Assembly: GCA_963752595.1 (NCBI GenBank)
Contig: CAVVYZ010000014.1
Span: 98,678 to 162,677, forward strand
Origin: an uncultured delta proteobacterium
GTDB lineage: Bacteria > Desulfobacterota > Desulfomonilia > UBA1062
Direction of reading: 5' to 3'
Length of the DNA stretch: 64,000 bases
Shown here: piece by piece, positions 10,895 to 19,696 of the stretch
Position numbering within the stretch: the stretch's first letter is position 1
Layout: every line of letters starts with the position of its first letter
The notes under the pieces: generated by a model
Told to the model about the DNA's origin: nothing
The model's input: the letters and a program-made list of their open reading frames with translations, nothing else
Databases searched by the model: none
Program-made: the position numbers and the translations under genes

Positions 10895-11994
10895 CGCAAG
10901 CGATCGATTTTGACATGATTTTCCTGGTGACCACGCTCATGCTGCTGGTCATGGGGAGCATCATGATCTTCTCCTCGAGCTATTTCCTTTCAAAGGAAAC
11001 ATGGGGCAACAGCACCATCATGATCAGGAACCACCTCATCCGCCTCGCCATCGGCCTGGTGGTTATGGCAGGACTCATCCGGATCGACTACAGGCGGTTC
11101 AATACCCGTGCATTCGTTGTGCCCCTCCTCACTGCAGGGTTGATTGCCTGTGTTCTCTGTTTTGTCCCGGGCATCGGCATCGAGGGAGGCCATGCCAAAA
11201 GATGGGTGCGCTTGTTCTTCGTGACCGTCCAGGCCTCGGAGATCGTCAAGGTCTCCCTTATTTTCTATCTTGCCTTCTATCTTTCAAAAAAATCTAAAAA
11301 GATCGAAGACTTCAAGTACGGGGCCATGCCGGTTCTCGGGGTCGTGTGCGTCAATGCCCTGCTTATCTTCATCGAACCGGACTTCGGCACCACGGCTACG
11401 ATTATGATCTGGTCGCTCTTCATCCTGTTCATTGCCGGCATGCGGCTGAAACACCTGCTTCTCATTACCCTCGGGGGCGTCCCGATCGGCATCGGGATGC
11501 TGCTCCTGAAACCTTACCGGAGGGCCCGCCTCCTGTCTTTCATGAATCCGTGGGAAGATATGCAGGGCATGGGATACCAGATCATTCAATCCATGGTGGC
11601 CTTTGCCAACGGAGGTTTTCTGGGCTCAGGTCTTGGAGAGGGGACGCAGAAAATGTTCTTTCTCCCTGCGCCGCACACCGACTTCATCTTTGCGGTCCTC
11701 GGAGAAGAACTCGGCTTCATCGGTGTCATCTTCGTGGTATGTCTTTTCGGGATCTGGATCTGGAGAGGCTTTACGATTGCCCTTGCCACGAACGACTCAT
11801 TCGGCTTTTTCCTGGCTATATCCGCTGTTTCACTCGTGGGACTGCAGGCCATTTTAAATATGGGGGTTACCCTGTCCATCTTCCCCAATAAAGGGATTCC
11901 GCTGCCCTTCTTCAGCTATGGAGGGTCGAGCCTGATGGGAGTGCTTGTCATCTCGGGCATCGTGCTCTCGGTGTCTAGGGGGGCAAGGATATGA
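10873..11994 (+). CDS. ftsW: Peptidoglycan polymerase FtsW
   Basis: Polytopic; QASEIVK, EPDFGT, LPAPHTDFIF, PLPFFSYGGSS. Confidence 0.95.
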   Translation: MRARDQIAQAIDFDMIFLVTTLMLLVMGSIMIFSSSYFLSKETWGNSTIMIRNHLIRLAIGLVVMAGLIRIDYRRFNTRAFVVPLLTAGLIACVLCFVPGIGIEGGHAKRWVRLFFVTVQASEIVKVSLIFYLAFYLSKKSKKIEDFKYGAMPVLGVVCVNALLIFIEPDFGTTATIMIWSLFILFIAGMRLKHLLLITLGGVPIGIGMLLLKPYRRARLLSFMNPWEDMQGMGYQIIQSMVAFANGGFLGSGLGEGTQKMFFLPAPHTDFIFAVLGEELGFIGVIFVVCLFGIWIWRGFTIALATNDSFGFFLAISAVSLVGLQAILNMGVTLSIFPNKGIPLPFFSYGGSSLMGVLVISGIVLSVSRGARI

Positions 11995-13049
11995 GACTCC
12001 TCATCACAGCCGGTGGGACCGGTGGGCACATCATGCCCGCCATGGCCATCGTAGAGGCCGTCAGAGATAAAGATCCCGAGGCGAAAATACTCTTCGTGGG
12101 AACGAGCAGGGGCATGGAAGAACAAATCGCGCGAACCTACAGCTTGGACTTTGTAGCACTCGATGCATTGGGGATAAAGGGCAAATCCCCGATGCAGGTC
12201 GTTCGGGCTGCAGGAGTGAATGCATCTGCCTTTATCCGTGCCTTGAAGGTCGTACGGTCTTTCAAGCCCGACTGGGTAGTGGGCACCGGCGGTTACGTTA
12301 CCGGAATGGTGGTGCTCGCCGGCCGTATGCTCGGTGCAGGCTGCGCCATCCAGGAACAGAACAGTTTCGGCGGCCTGACCAATCGCATCCTCTCACGGCT
12401 CGTACAGCGGGTATTTCTCGCTTTCCCCGACAGAACAGGCGCATTCCCGGAATCGAAGAGCATCGTGAGCGGCAACCCTGTACGGAAAGGCATTGTCCGC
12501 GATGAGAAGAGAGGGCTCGGGGATTATCTCCTCATCCTGGGAGGCTCTCTTGGGGCAAGCAGCATAAACGAGGCCGCAGTCAAGGCCCTGCACATACTCA
12601 AGGAAGAAGGCCATGCCTTCCAGGTCGTCCACCAGAGCGGCGCCAGAGACTACCAGGCGGTGCAGGATGCATACCGGCAGATGGGGCTGTCTGCCGTTGT
12701 GCATGACTTCATCGGCGACATGAACCCTGTCTACAACGGCGCCCGCATGGCGGTCTGCAGGTGCGGGGGGCTGACCCTGTCCGAGCTTTCCGTCACAGGC
12801 CTGCCTGCGATCATGGTCCCCTTCCCCCACGCTGCGGATGATCACCAGATGAAGAACGGACGGTATGTGGAAGCCCATGGCGGCGGATGGATCATCCCGG
12901 ATGAGCACCTGAAACCGGAGAGACTCGCCCTTGAGATAAAGAAGAGATTCTTTGATGATGATATGCTGAAGAAGGCAGCATCAAACCTCTTGGCGTTGCA
13001 CCTGGGAAACGGCTCAAAGATCATAGCGGAGGAGATCATCGGTGTTTAG
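11991..13049 (+). CDS. murG: MurG glycosyltransferase
   Basis: GGTGGH, GGYV, EQN, GNPVR, GGSLGA, HQMKNG. Confidence 0.95.
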   Translation: MRLLITAGGTGGHIMPAMAIVEAVRDKDPEAKILFVGTSRGMEEQIARTYSLDFVALDALGIKGKSPMQVVRAAGVNASAFIRALKVVRSFKPDWVVGTGGYVTGMVVLAGRMLGAGCAIQEQNSFGGLTNRILSRLVQRVFLAFPDRTGAFPESKSIVSGNPVRKGIVRDEKRGLGDYLLILGGSLGASSINEAAVKALHILKEEGHAFQVVHQSGARDYQAVQDAYRQMGLSAVVHDFIGDMNPVYNGARMAVCRCGGLTLSELSVTGLPAIMVPFPHAADDHQMKNGRYVEAHGGGWIIPDEHLKPERLALEIKKRFFDDDMLKKAASNLLALHLGNGSKIIAEEIIGV

Positions 13050-14412
13050 AGGAATTCGTAACATTCACTTCGTCGGTATCGGAGGGATCGGCATGAGCGG
13101 TATTGCCGAACTCCTCATCAACTTAGGATTCAAAGTATCGGGTTCCGATGTCGCAGACTCGGATACGGTCTCCCGGCTCCGTTCTTTCGGTGCCCGGATC
13201 GAGATCGGTCATGATGCAAAAAATCTGGGCGATGCCCAGGTCGTGGTCTATTCGTCCGCAGTGGCACCTGACAATCCGGAGTGCTTTCTGGCAAAGAGCA
13301 AGGGCCTGCCGGTGATTCCCCGGGCAGAGATGCTCGCGGAGATCATGAGGATGAAGCAGTCCATCGCGATTGCAGGGACTCACGGCAAGACCACGACGAC
13401 CTCCATGCTGGCAACGGTCCTGGCGCTGGCAAATCTCGATCCCACCGCCGTGATCGGCGGCAAGCTGGATATGTTCGGGTCCAATGCCCGCCTCGGCGAA
13501 GGCAAGCTGCTCGTGGCGGAAGCGGACGAGAGCGACCGCTCCTTCCTGAAACTGGCCCCCATCATCGCCGTGGTCACCAACATCGAGAAGGAGCACATGG
13601 ATTGCTACCTCGACCTGAGCGACATCCTCGATACCTACGTGCAGTTCATGAACAAGGTGCCCTTCTTCGGGTTCAACATGGTCTGTCTCGATAATGAGAA
13701 CATCCAGCAGATCCTTCCCCGCCTCGAGAGGAAGGTCATCACTTACGGATCCCACACCCAGGCTTTGTACCGGTATTCCGAGCCTTCCTTTGACGGCCTG
13801 AAATCGCGGTTCATCGCCCACCGGAACGGCGGCACGCTCGGCGAAGTGAACTTAAACGTTCCCGGCATCCACAACTGTCTCAATTCTCTCGCCGTCATCG
13901 GCACAAGCATCGAGCTCGGCCTCGATTTCGAAGTCGTCAAAAAAGGGCTCGAGGCGTACAAAGGCGTCCAGCGCAGGGCCCATGTCCGGGGCGAGAAGAG
14001 CGGGATCATGGTCATGGACGACTACGGCCACCACCCGACGGAGATCAAGGCAACGCTTCGCGCCATGAAGAACGGTTTTTCCGGACGCCGGCTGGTCGTG
14101 GTATTTCAGCCGCACCGGTACACGAGGACGAGGGACCTCTTCGATGATTTCGTCACTTCTTTCTACGATGCTTCGAAGCTCCTCATCACCGGCATCTATC
14201 CCGCGTCCGAGAAACCCATCGAAGGGGTATCCGGCGAGAGCCTGTGCGACAGCATCAAAAAACACGGCCATCGAAATGTCTGTTATGTGGAAGACAAGGA
14301 CCGCATACCGGAGAGGCTCTTAAAAGATCTCAAGCAGGGCGACCTCGTCCTTTTCCTCGGGGCGGGCGATGTCTGGAGACAGGGAGTAAAGCTTCTGGAG
14401 ATGATCGGATGA
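13042..14412 (+). CDS. murC: MurC L-alanine ligase
   Basis: IHFVGIGGIGMSG, GTHGKTTT, EADESD, DDYGHHPTE. Confidence 0.97.
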   Translation: MFRGIRNIHFVGIGGIGMSGIAELLINLGFKVSGSDVADSDTVSRLRSFGARIEIGHDAKNLGDAQVVVYSSAVAPDNPECFLAKSKGLPVIPRAEMLAEIMRMKQSIAIAGTHGKTTTTSMLATVLALANLDPTAVIGGKLDMFGSNARLGEGKLLVAEADESDRSFLKLAPIIAVVTNIEKEHMDCYLDLSDILDTYVQFMNKVPFFGFNMVCLDNENIQQILPRLERKVITYGSHTQALYRYSEPSFDGLKSRFIAHRNGGTLGEVNLNVPGIHNCLNSLAVIGTSIELGLDFEVVKKGLEAYKGVQRRAHVRGEKSGIMVMDDYGHHPTEIKATLRAMKNGFSGRRLVVVFQPHRYTRTRDLFDDFVTSFYDASKLLITGIYPASEKPIEGVSGESLCDSIKKHGHRNVCYVEDKDRIPERLLKDLKQGDLVLFLGAGDVWRQGVKLLEMIG

Positions 14413-15245
14413 ACGGATCCAGGATTGCGCAAGCATCCGAAATGACTACCATGCACTGCGGCGGCACCATCTCCAGGCTCTTTGAGCCTGAGACAAAGGA
14501 TCAGCTCAAGGAACTCTTAAGATCTCTCGATTCTTTCATCGTAATCGGAGGCGGGTCCAATATGATTTTCTCCGACGGGACCACGCGGAAGCCGGTCATC
14601 CGCCTCGGGAATGGGTTCAACAGCATCGATCATCAGGAAGATATCCTTACCGCAGGCGCCTCTGTATCTACAGCCGGCCTGCTCGGATACTGCATCAGGA
14701 ACGGCCTCACCGGGCTGGAGTTCCTCGCAGGGATACCCGGTACCATAGGCGGCGCTTTGTTCATGAATGCAGGCACCCCGGGCAAAGGCATCGTAGATAG
14801 TCTGCTGGTAGCAGAGTTCGTGGACAAGGAAGGCCTGCATTCGGTCACCAGAAAAGAAATTCCGTACAGTTACCGCAGCGGAGGATTTCCTGCGGGTGCG
14901 GTGATCACCGGTGCACGCATGGACGTGCATAAATCCACACCCGAAGAGGTGCGTTCCGCCATGGAATCATACCTGGAAAAGAGGCGCTCCCAGCCGAAAG
15001 GATACAACAGCGGGTCCGTGTTCAGGAATCCCGAAGGCTCTGCAGCCGGTTATCTCATCGAGCAGGCAGGCCTCAAGGGCTTGAGGGTCGGCGGCGCTTG
15101 CGTCTCCGATATTCATGCAAATTTCATCATCAATGATCGGGGTGCTTCTGCGTCCGATATAAAGTCGCTTGTACGCCTCATCAAGGAGCGGGTGAAAGAG
15201 AAGTTCGGGATAGAATTGCAAGAGGAGGTAAGAATCGTTGATTGA
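14409..15245 (+). CDS. murB: MurB UDP-GlcNAc-enolpyruvate reductase
   Basis: GGGSN, GIPGTIGGA.MNAG, GSVFRNP, HANFIIN, LQEEV. Confidence 0.93.
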   Translation: MNGSRIAQASEMTTMHCGGTISRLFEPETKDQLKELLRSLDSFIVIGGGSNMIFSDGTTRKPVIRLGNGFNSIDHQEDILTAGASVSTAGLLGYCIRNGLTGLEFLAGIPGTIGGALFMNAGTPGKGIVDSLLVAEFVDKEGLHSVTRKEIPYSYRSGGFPAGAVITGARMDVHKSTPEEVRSAMESYLEKRRSQPKGYNSGSVFRNPEGSAAGYLIEQAGLKGLRVGGACVSDIHANFIINDRGASASDIKSLVRLIKERVKEKFGIELQEEVRIVD

Positions 15246-16023
15246 CTACAAAGAAACGAAAAAGACTGCCTCCAAGAAGAAAACACTGTCGAAAATCAAC
15301 CTTGCAATCCGCTTGTCCATATGGTTATGCCTTGGCATCTCCGGAGCTCTCATTACGTTGTGTGCAGTTGCATATGTCGTGAACTCCGAGCTTTTTAACT
15401 TGAAGGACATTGAAATAATAGGCAATGCCCATGTGGATAAAAACGAGGTCCTGACATTACTGGACCTTGATGAAGGGGCCAATATCTTCAGCTGGGACAT
15501 GGATGCAGCGAAGCAGAGGCTCCTGGTACACCCATGGATAAAGGACATAAGCATTTCCAGGAGCTTGATCCCGGCGGGTATCAGCGTCCGTATCGTGGAG
15601 CACAAGCCCACGGCGACGCTGGTCCTCAAGGACAAGCCCTATTACATCTCCGAGGAAGGGCTGGTATTTGCTTCAGCTTCGGAAGACCGCTTCGGCCTCA
15701 TGATTCAGGCCGGCGACTACGAGCCTGCAAATGGAGATGAGGATCTCAATAATATTTTAAAATCGGGCATTAGTGCGGTTTCTGTTGTCGAAGCCAAGGG
15801 ATTGAAGGTAAAAGATCTCATCATCGAGGCAGGCGGGGTCATGGACATCAGGCTCGCGATGGGCATCACCCTGGTCATACTCGGCGAGATGACGCCCCAC
15901 AAGGTGGACATGGCGCTGAGGACCTTGCGGGAAGTGAAGCCCGCAGCAGGAACCGTGATGGATTTAACGTGCGAGGATAAAATCGTATTGAGGAATCGGG
16001 GGCACTATGGCAGCGAGGGATAG
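15238..16023 (+). CDS. ftsQ: Cell division protein FtsQ/DivIB
   Basis: N-terminal TM plus POTRA-like region (HPWIKDISISR...VEH); directly before ftsA. Confidence 0.85.
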   Translation: MIDYKETKKTASKKKTLSKINLAIRLSIWLCLGISGALITLCAVAYVVNSELFNLKDIEIIGNAHVDKNEVLTLLDLDEGANIFSWDMDAAKQRLLVHPWIKDISISRSLIPAGISVRIVEHKPTATLVLKDKPYYISEEGLVFASASEDRFGLMIQAGDYEPANGDEDLNNILKSGISAVSVVEAKGLKVKDLIIEAGGVMDIRLAMGITLVILGEMTPHKVDMALRTLREVKPAAGTVMDLTCEDKIVLRNRGHYGSEG

Positions 16024-17236
16024 GATTATTGTCGGGCTGGATATCGGGACCACCAAGATATGCTGCATCATTACGGAACTGAAGGAAAACGGTGATCTCG
16101 AGGTCATCGGATTCGGCATATCCGAGTCCAAGGGATTGAGGAGAGGGCTCGTGGTGAATATGGAGCAGACCGTCGAGGCCATCCAGTCCGCAGTGGAAGA
16201 CGCCGAGAAGATGGCCGGGATCCGTGTGGACGAGGTATATACGGGCATCGCAGGCGGGCACATCCAGGGCATCACCGCCAGCGCGGTCATCACCGTCAAG
16301 GGCGATGAAATTTTCCCTGCCGACAAGAAACGGGTCGTGGACCAGGCCATGGACTTTGCAAAGCCTGTGGGCGTTGAGATTATCCATGTGCTCCCCCAGG
16401 AATTCTGCGTCGACGATATCTGCGGTATTTCAGACCCGGTGGGTATGGCCGGATCGAAACTTGAAGCCCACATCCACATCGTCACCGGATCTATTTCCGC
16501 AGTGAGCAATATAACCAAATGCGCCCAGAAGGCGGGCTTGGGTCTTCAGGATATCGTGCTCCAGCAGATAGCATCCGCAGCATCCATCCTCACGCCCGAC
16601 GAGATCCAGCTCGGGGTGATCCTCATGGATATCGGCGGAGGCACCACCGACATCGCGGTCTTCAATGACGGCGCGATCCGGCATACCGTAGTGCTTGCGC
16701 TGGGAGGCGATCACGTCACCAACGACATCGCCGTGGGGTTGCGCACCCCCATTGCCGAGGCGGAGCGCCTCAAGGTCAAATACGGCCATGCCATCGCCTC
16801 CCATGTCTCGACCGATGAGCAGATCGAGGTTCCCTCCATCGGAGGCGATACGGTCAATACGGTCCCCAGAAGGATCCTTGCAGAAATAATCGAATCACGG
16901 GTGGAAGAGCTGTTCAAGCTTGCTTACACCGAGATACGCAATACCGGTTTTTCCGAGACAATGTCCGCCGGCCTCGTCCTCACAGGCGGTGCCTCGGCGC
17001 TGGAAGGGGTTGCCGATCTTGCAGAGGGGATCATGCACCTGCCCGTCCGTGTCGGTTATCCGCGCGGGGTAAAGGGCCTGGTGGAATTGGTGAACAGCCC
17101 TGCGTATGCAACAGCGGTTGGTTTGTGCATTTATGAAAAAGGCAGTCCGAGCAGTGGTTTCAGCAGCAAAAAGGGTACATCGTTTTACGAACGGATCTTT
17201 GATCGGATGATACGTTGGTTCAAAGAGGTCTTCTAA
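16007..17236 (+). CDS. ftsA: Cell division protein FtsA
   Basis: GLDIGTTKI, DIGGGTTD, VLTGGAS, PAYATAVGL. Confidence 0.97.
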   Translation: MAARDRIIVGLDIGTTKICCIITELKENGDLEVIGFGISESKGLRRGLVVNMEQTVEAIQSAVEDAEKMAGIRVDEVYTGIAGGHIQGITASAVITVKGDEIFPADKKRVVDQAMDFAKPVGVEIIHVLPQEFCVDDICGISDPVGMAGSKLEAHIHIVTGSISAVSNITKCAQKAGLGLQDIVLQQIASAASILTPDEIQLGVILMDIGGGTTDIAVFNDGAIRHTVVLALGGDHVTNDIAVGLRTPIAEAERLKVKYGHAIASHVSTDEQIEVPSIGGDTVNTVPRRILAEIIESRVEELFKLAYTEIRNTGFSETMSAGLVLTGGASALEGVADLAEGIMHLPVRVGYPRGVKGLVELVNSPAYATAVGLCIYEKGSPSSGFSSKKGTSFYERIFDRMIRWFKEVF

Positions 17237-17253
17237 AATATAAGGAGGAGAAG

Positions 17254-18423
17254 ATGTTTGAGTTGGAGAAGCTGGAACATTCCGGAGCAAAGATTAAGGT
17301 CATTGGTGTGGGAGGATGTGGCTGCAACGCAGTCAACAACATGATCAATGCAAACCTCAAGGGGGTCGATTTCCTCGCATGCAATACCGATATCCAGACG
17401 CTGAAATCCTCCCTCTCTCCCATCAGGGTTCAGATCGGTACCAAACTCACCAGGGGTCTCGGTGCAGGCGGAGATCCCGATGTGGGGAAAAGCGCAGCCA
17501 GCGAGAGTGAAGATGAATTAAGGGCTGCGCTCGAAGGCACAGACATGGTCTTCATAACCGCAGGCATGGGCGGCGGGACCGGAACCGGCGCTTCTCCCAT
17601 CGTGGCGCAGATAGCCAGGGAAATGGGTGCGTTGACCGTAGGGGTCGTAACGAAACCCTTCCCCTTCGAAGGCAAGCGCAAGATGAAGCAGGCGGAATAC
17701 GGTGAAAAAGAGCTCACCGAACACGTAGACGCCCTCATCGTCATTCCCAACAACCGGCTCTTGAGCTTGGCGGGCAAAAACATCCCCCTGCTCGAAGCCT
17801 TCAAGCTGGCCGATGACATCCTCATCAATGCAGTCAAAGGCATCTCCGACCTCATCAACAACACCGGCCTGGTCAATGTGGACTTCAACGATGTCAAGGC
17901 AGTCATGATCGAAAAGGGCAAGGCCCTGATGGGCATCGGCTATGCGTCGGGTGAAAACAGGGCACAGGAAGCGGCTCAGGCTGCGATCGCCTCCCCGCTC
18001 CTCGAGGACATGGACATTCACGGCGCCAAGGGACTCCTCATCAACATCACGGGCGGCCCCAGCATCACCATGGACGAGATTCACGAGGCATCCACCCTCA
18101 TCCAGTCGGCTGCCCACGACGATGCCAATATCATCTGGGGCGTGGTCATCGATGAGGCTATGCAGGACAAGATCGCCATTACCGTGGTTGCCACCGGGTT
18201 CAATAACAAGCCCATTGTACTCTCCAGCGTGGAGGAGCCTGTGTTCCCCACCCAGGAGAAGCATTCCGCAACCGTGATTGATTACAACAAACCAGCCTTC
18301 ATGCGAAAGAAGGAATCCAAGGGCGATAAAGAAGTCGTCAGGCTGGGAATGGTCGTGGATGACAGCATACTTGATGAAGAAGCCTTCAATGTTCCGACAT
18401 TCCTCAGGAAGAAGGCCGACTAG
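17254..18423 (+). CDS. ftsZ: Cell division protein FtsZ
   Basis: GGGTGTG tubulin signature, C-terminal VPTFLRK; AAGGAGG RBS. Confidence 0.98.
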   Translation: MFELEKLEHSGAKIKVIGVGGCGCNAVNNMINANLKGVDFLACNTDIQTLKSSLSPIRVQIGTKLTRGLGAGGDPDVGKSAASESEDELRAALEGTDMVFITAGMGGGTGTGASPIVAQIAREMGALTVGVVTKPFPFEGKRKMKQAEYGEKELTEHVDALIVIPNNRLLSLAGKNIPLLEAFKLADDILINAVKGISDLINNTGLVNVDFNDVKAVMIEKGKALMGIGYASGENRAQEAAQAAIASPLLEDMDIHGAKGLLINITGGPSITMDEIHEASTLIQSAAHDDANIIWGVVIDEAMQDKIAITVVATGFNNKPIVLSSVEEPVFPTQEKHSATVIDYNKPAFMRKKESKGDKEVVRLGMVVDDSILDEEAFNVPTFLRKKAD

Positions 18424-18441
18424 AGATAGAGGCAGAAGTTT

Positions 18442-19551
18442 ATGAGGCCGACACGGGTAGAGATCGATCTGTGCGCTATTAAAAGCAATCTGGCAGCAAT
18501 ACGCGCACGGACCGGCACCAGGATCATGATGGCCATCAAGGCCGATGCATACGGCCATGGGGCACGCGTTGTGGGCAGGTTTGTCCAGGAGAAAAATCTC
18601 GTGGATATGCTGGGCGTGAGCTGCATTGAAGAAGGCGTCCAGCTGCGCGAATCCGGCGTGTCTCTTCCCATCCTTATCTTCGGCCTCATCAACAATACCC
18701 GCGAGGATTGCGATGCAGTCTTCTCGTACCACCTCACCCCTACCCTTGTCGATAATGCCCTGACCGATAGTCTCATCAACGGCGCACGGAGGTGGAACCG
18801 CCCTATCGGCGTCCATATCAAGACAGATACCGGCATGGGCAGGCTCGGCCTTACTCCTGAGGAAACGCTCAAACTCGCGGCTGATATATCAGAATTAAAA
18901 GAGATCACCCTGAAAGGAATGTATACGCATTTCCCGGTCTCCGATATCCCCGGCCAGCCTTTCACTCTCGGTCAGATAACCAGGTTCGGCGAACTCCTGA
19001 ACAGCATGGAGGCCCAGGGCATGAATCCGGGCCTTCGCCACTGCGCCAACTCGGGCGCCATTCTCAATCATCGTGAGTCGTTCATGGATATGGTGCGCCC
19101 CGGCATCCTCTGCTATGGCCTCTATCCTGCAGCCGGCTTTGAATCGGACCTCAAAATCACCCCTGCCATGACGCTAAAGACGGCCATCATGTTCGTCAAG
19201 CGGGTGAAGAAGGGTACAGGCCTGTCCTACGGACTCACCTACCATACACAGAAAGACACCTGTATCGCCACCATACCCATCGGGTATGCCGACGGGTACC
19301 CGAGATGCCTTTCTAACAAATCCCAGGTGATCATCCAGGGGAAAACCTATCCCGTCGTGGGAAGGATATGCATGGATCAGAGCCTTGTAGACCTCGGCGA
19401 CGATATCTATGCGCCGGGCGAGGAAGTGACCCTCTTCGGCCGCGAAGGGATCACGGCACAGACCGTTGCCTCCTGGGGGAACACCATACCGTATGAAGTC
19501 ACCTGCGACATGAGCCGCAGGGTTCCGCGCACGTACTCCAATGACAAATAG
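18442..19551 (+). CDS. alr: Alanine racemase
   Basis: IKADAYGHG (PLP lysine), TGMGRLG, PIGYADG, GRICMDQ, TIPYE. Confidence 0.95.
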   Translation: MRPTRVEIDLCAIKSNLAAIRARTGTRIMMAIKADAYGHGARVVGRFVQEKNLVDMLGVSCIEEGVQLRESGVSLPILIFGLINNTREDCDAVFSYHLTPTLVDNALTDSLINGARRWNRPIGVHIKTDTGMGRLGLTPEETLKLAADISELKEITLKGMYTHFPVSDIPGQPFTLGQITRFGELLNSMEAQGMNPGLRHCANSGAILNHRESFMDMVRPGILCYGLYPAAGFESDLKITPAMTLKTAIMFVKRVKKGTGLSYGLTYHTQKDTCIATIPIGYADGYPRCLSNKSQVIIQGKTYPVVGRICMDQSLVDLGDDIYAPGEEVTLFGREGITAQTVASWGNTIPYEVTCDMSRRVPRTYSNDK

Positions 19552-19638
19552 TTTCTGATTCAAAGACCATCCGGTTCATTCCGCTCCCCTTCCCATCGAT
19601 ATGCTGCATTCCGGAAACAGCCATGTCCCTTTTTGTGC

Positions 19639-19677
19639 AAAAGGGGGGGATGGGCCTGTGTGCCCATCCCCCCCTTT
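19639..19677. terminator. GC-rich hairpin between convergent alr and the PKD-protein gene (likely bidirectional terminator)
   Basis: AAAAGGGGGGGATGGGC-ctgtgt-GCCCATCCCCCCCTTT. Confidence 0.75.
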
Positions 19678-19696
19678 CCAAGCTTTTTCCCGACTA

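Noticed and set aside
17518-18816. Long antisense/alternative-frame ORFs (e.g. 2..754, 17518..18816, 40676..41527, 54260..55534, 55098..56045)
   Set aside because: They shadow well-supported genes, lack motifs, and are expected from GC-rich codon bias
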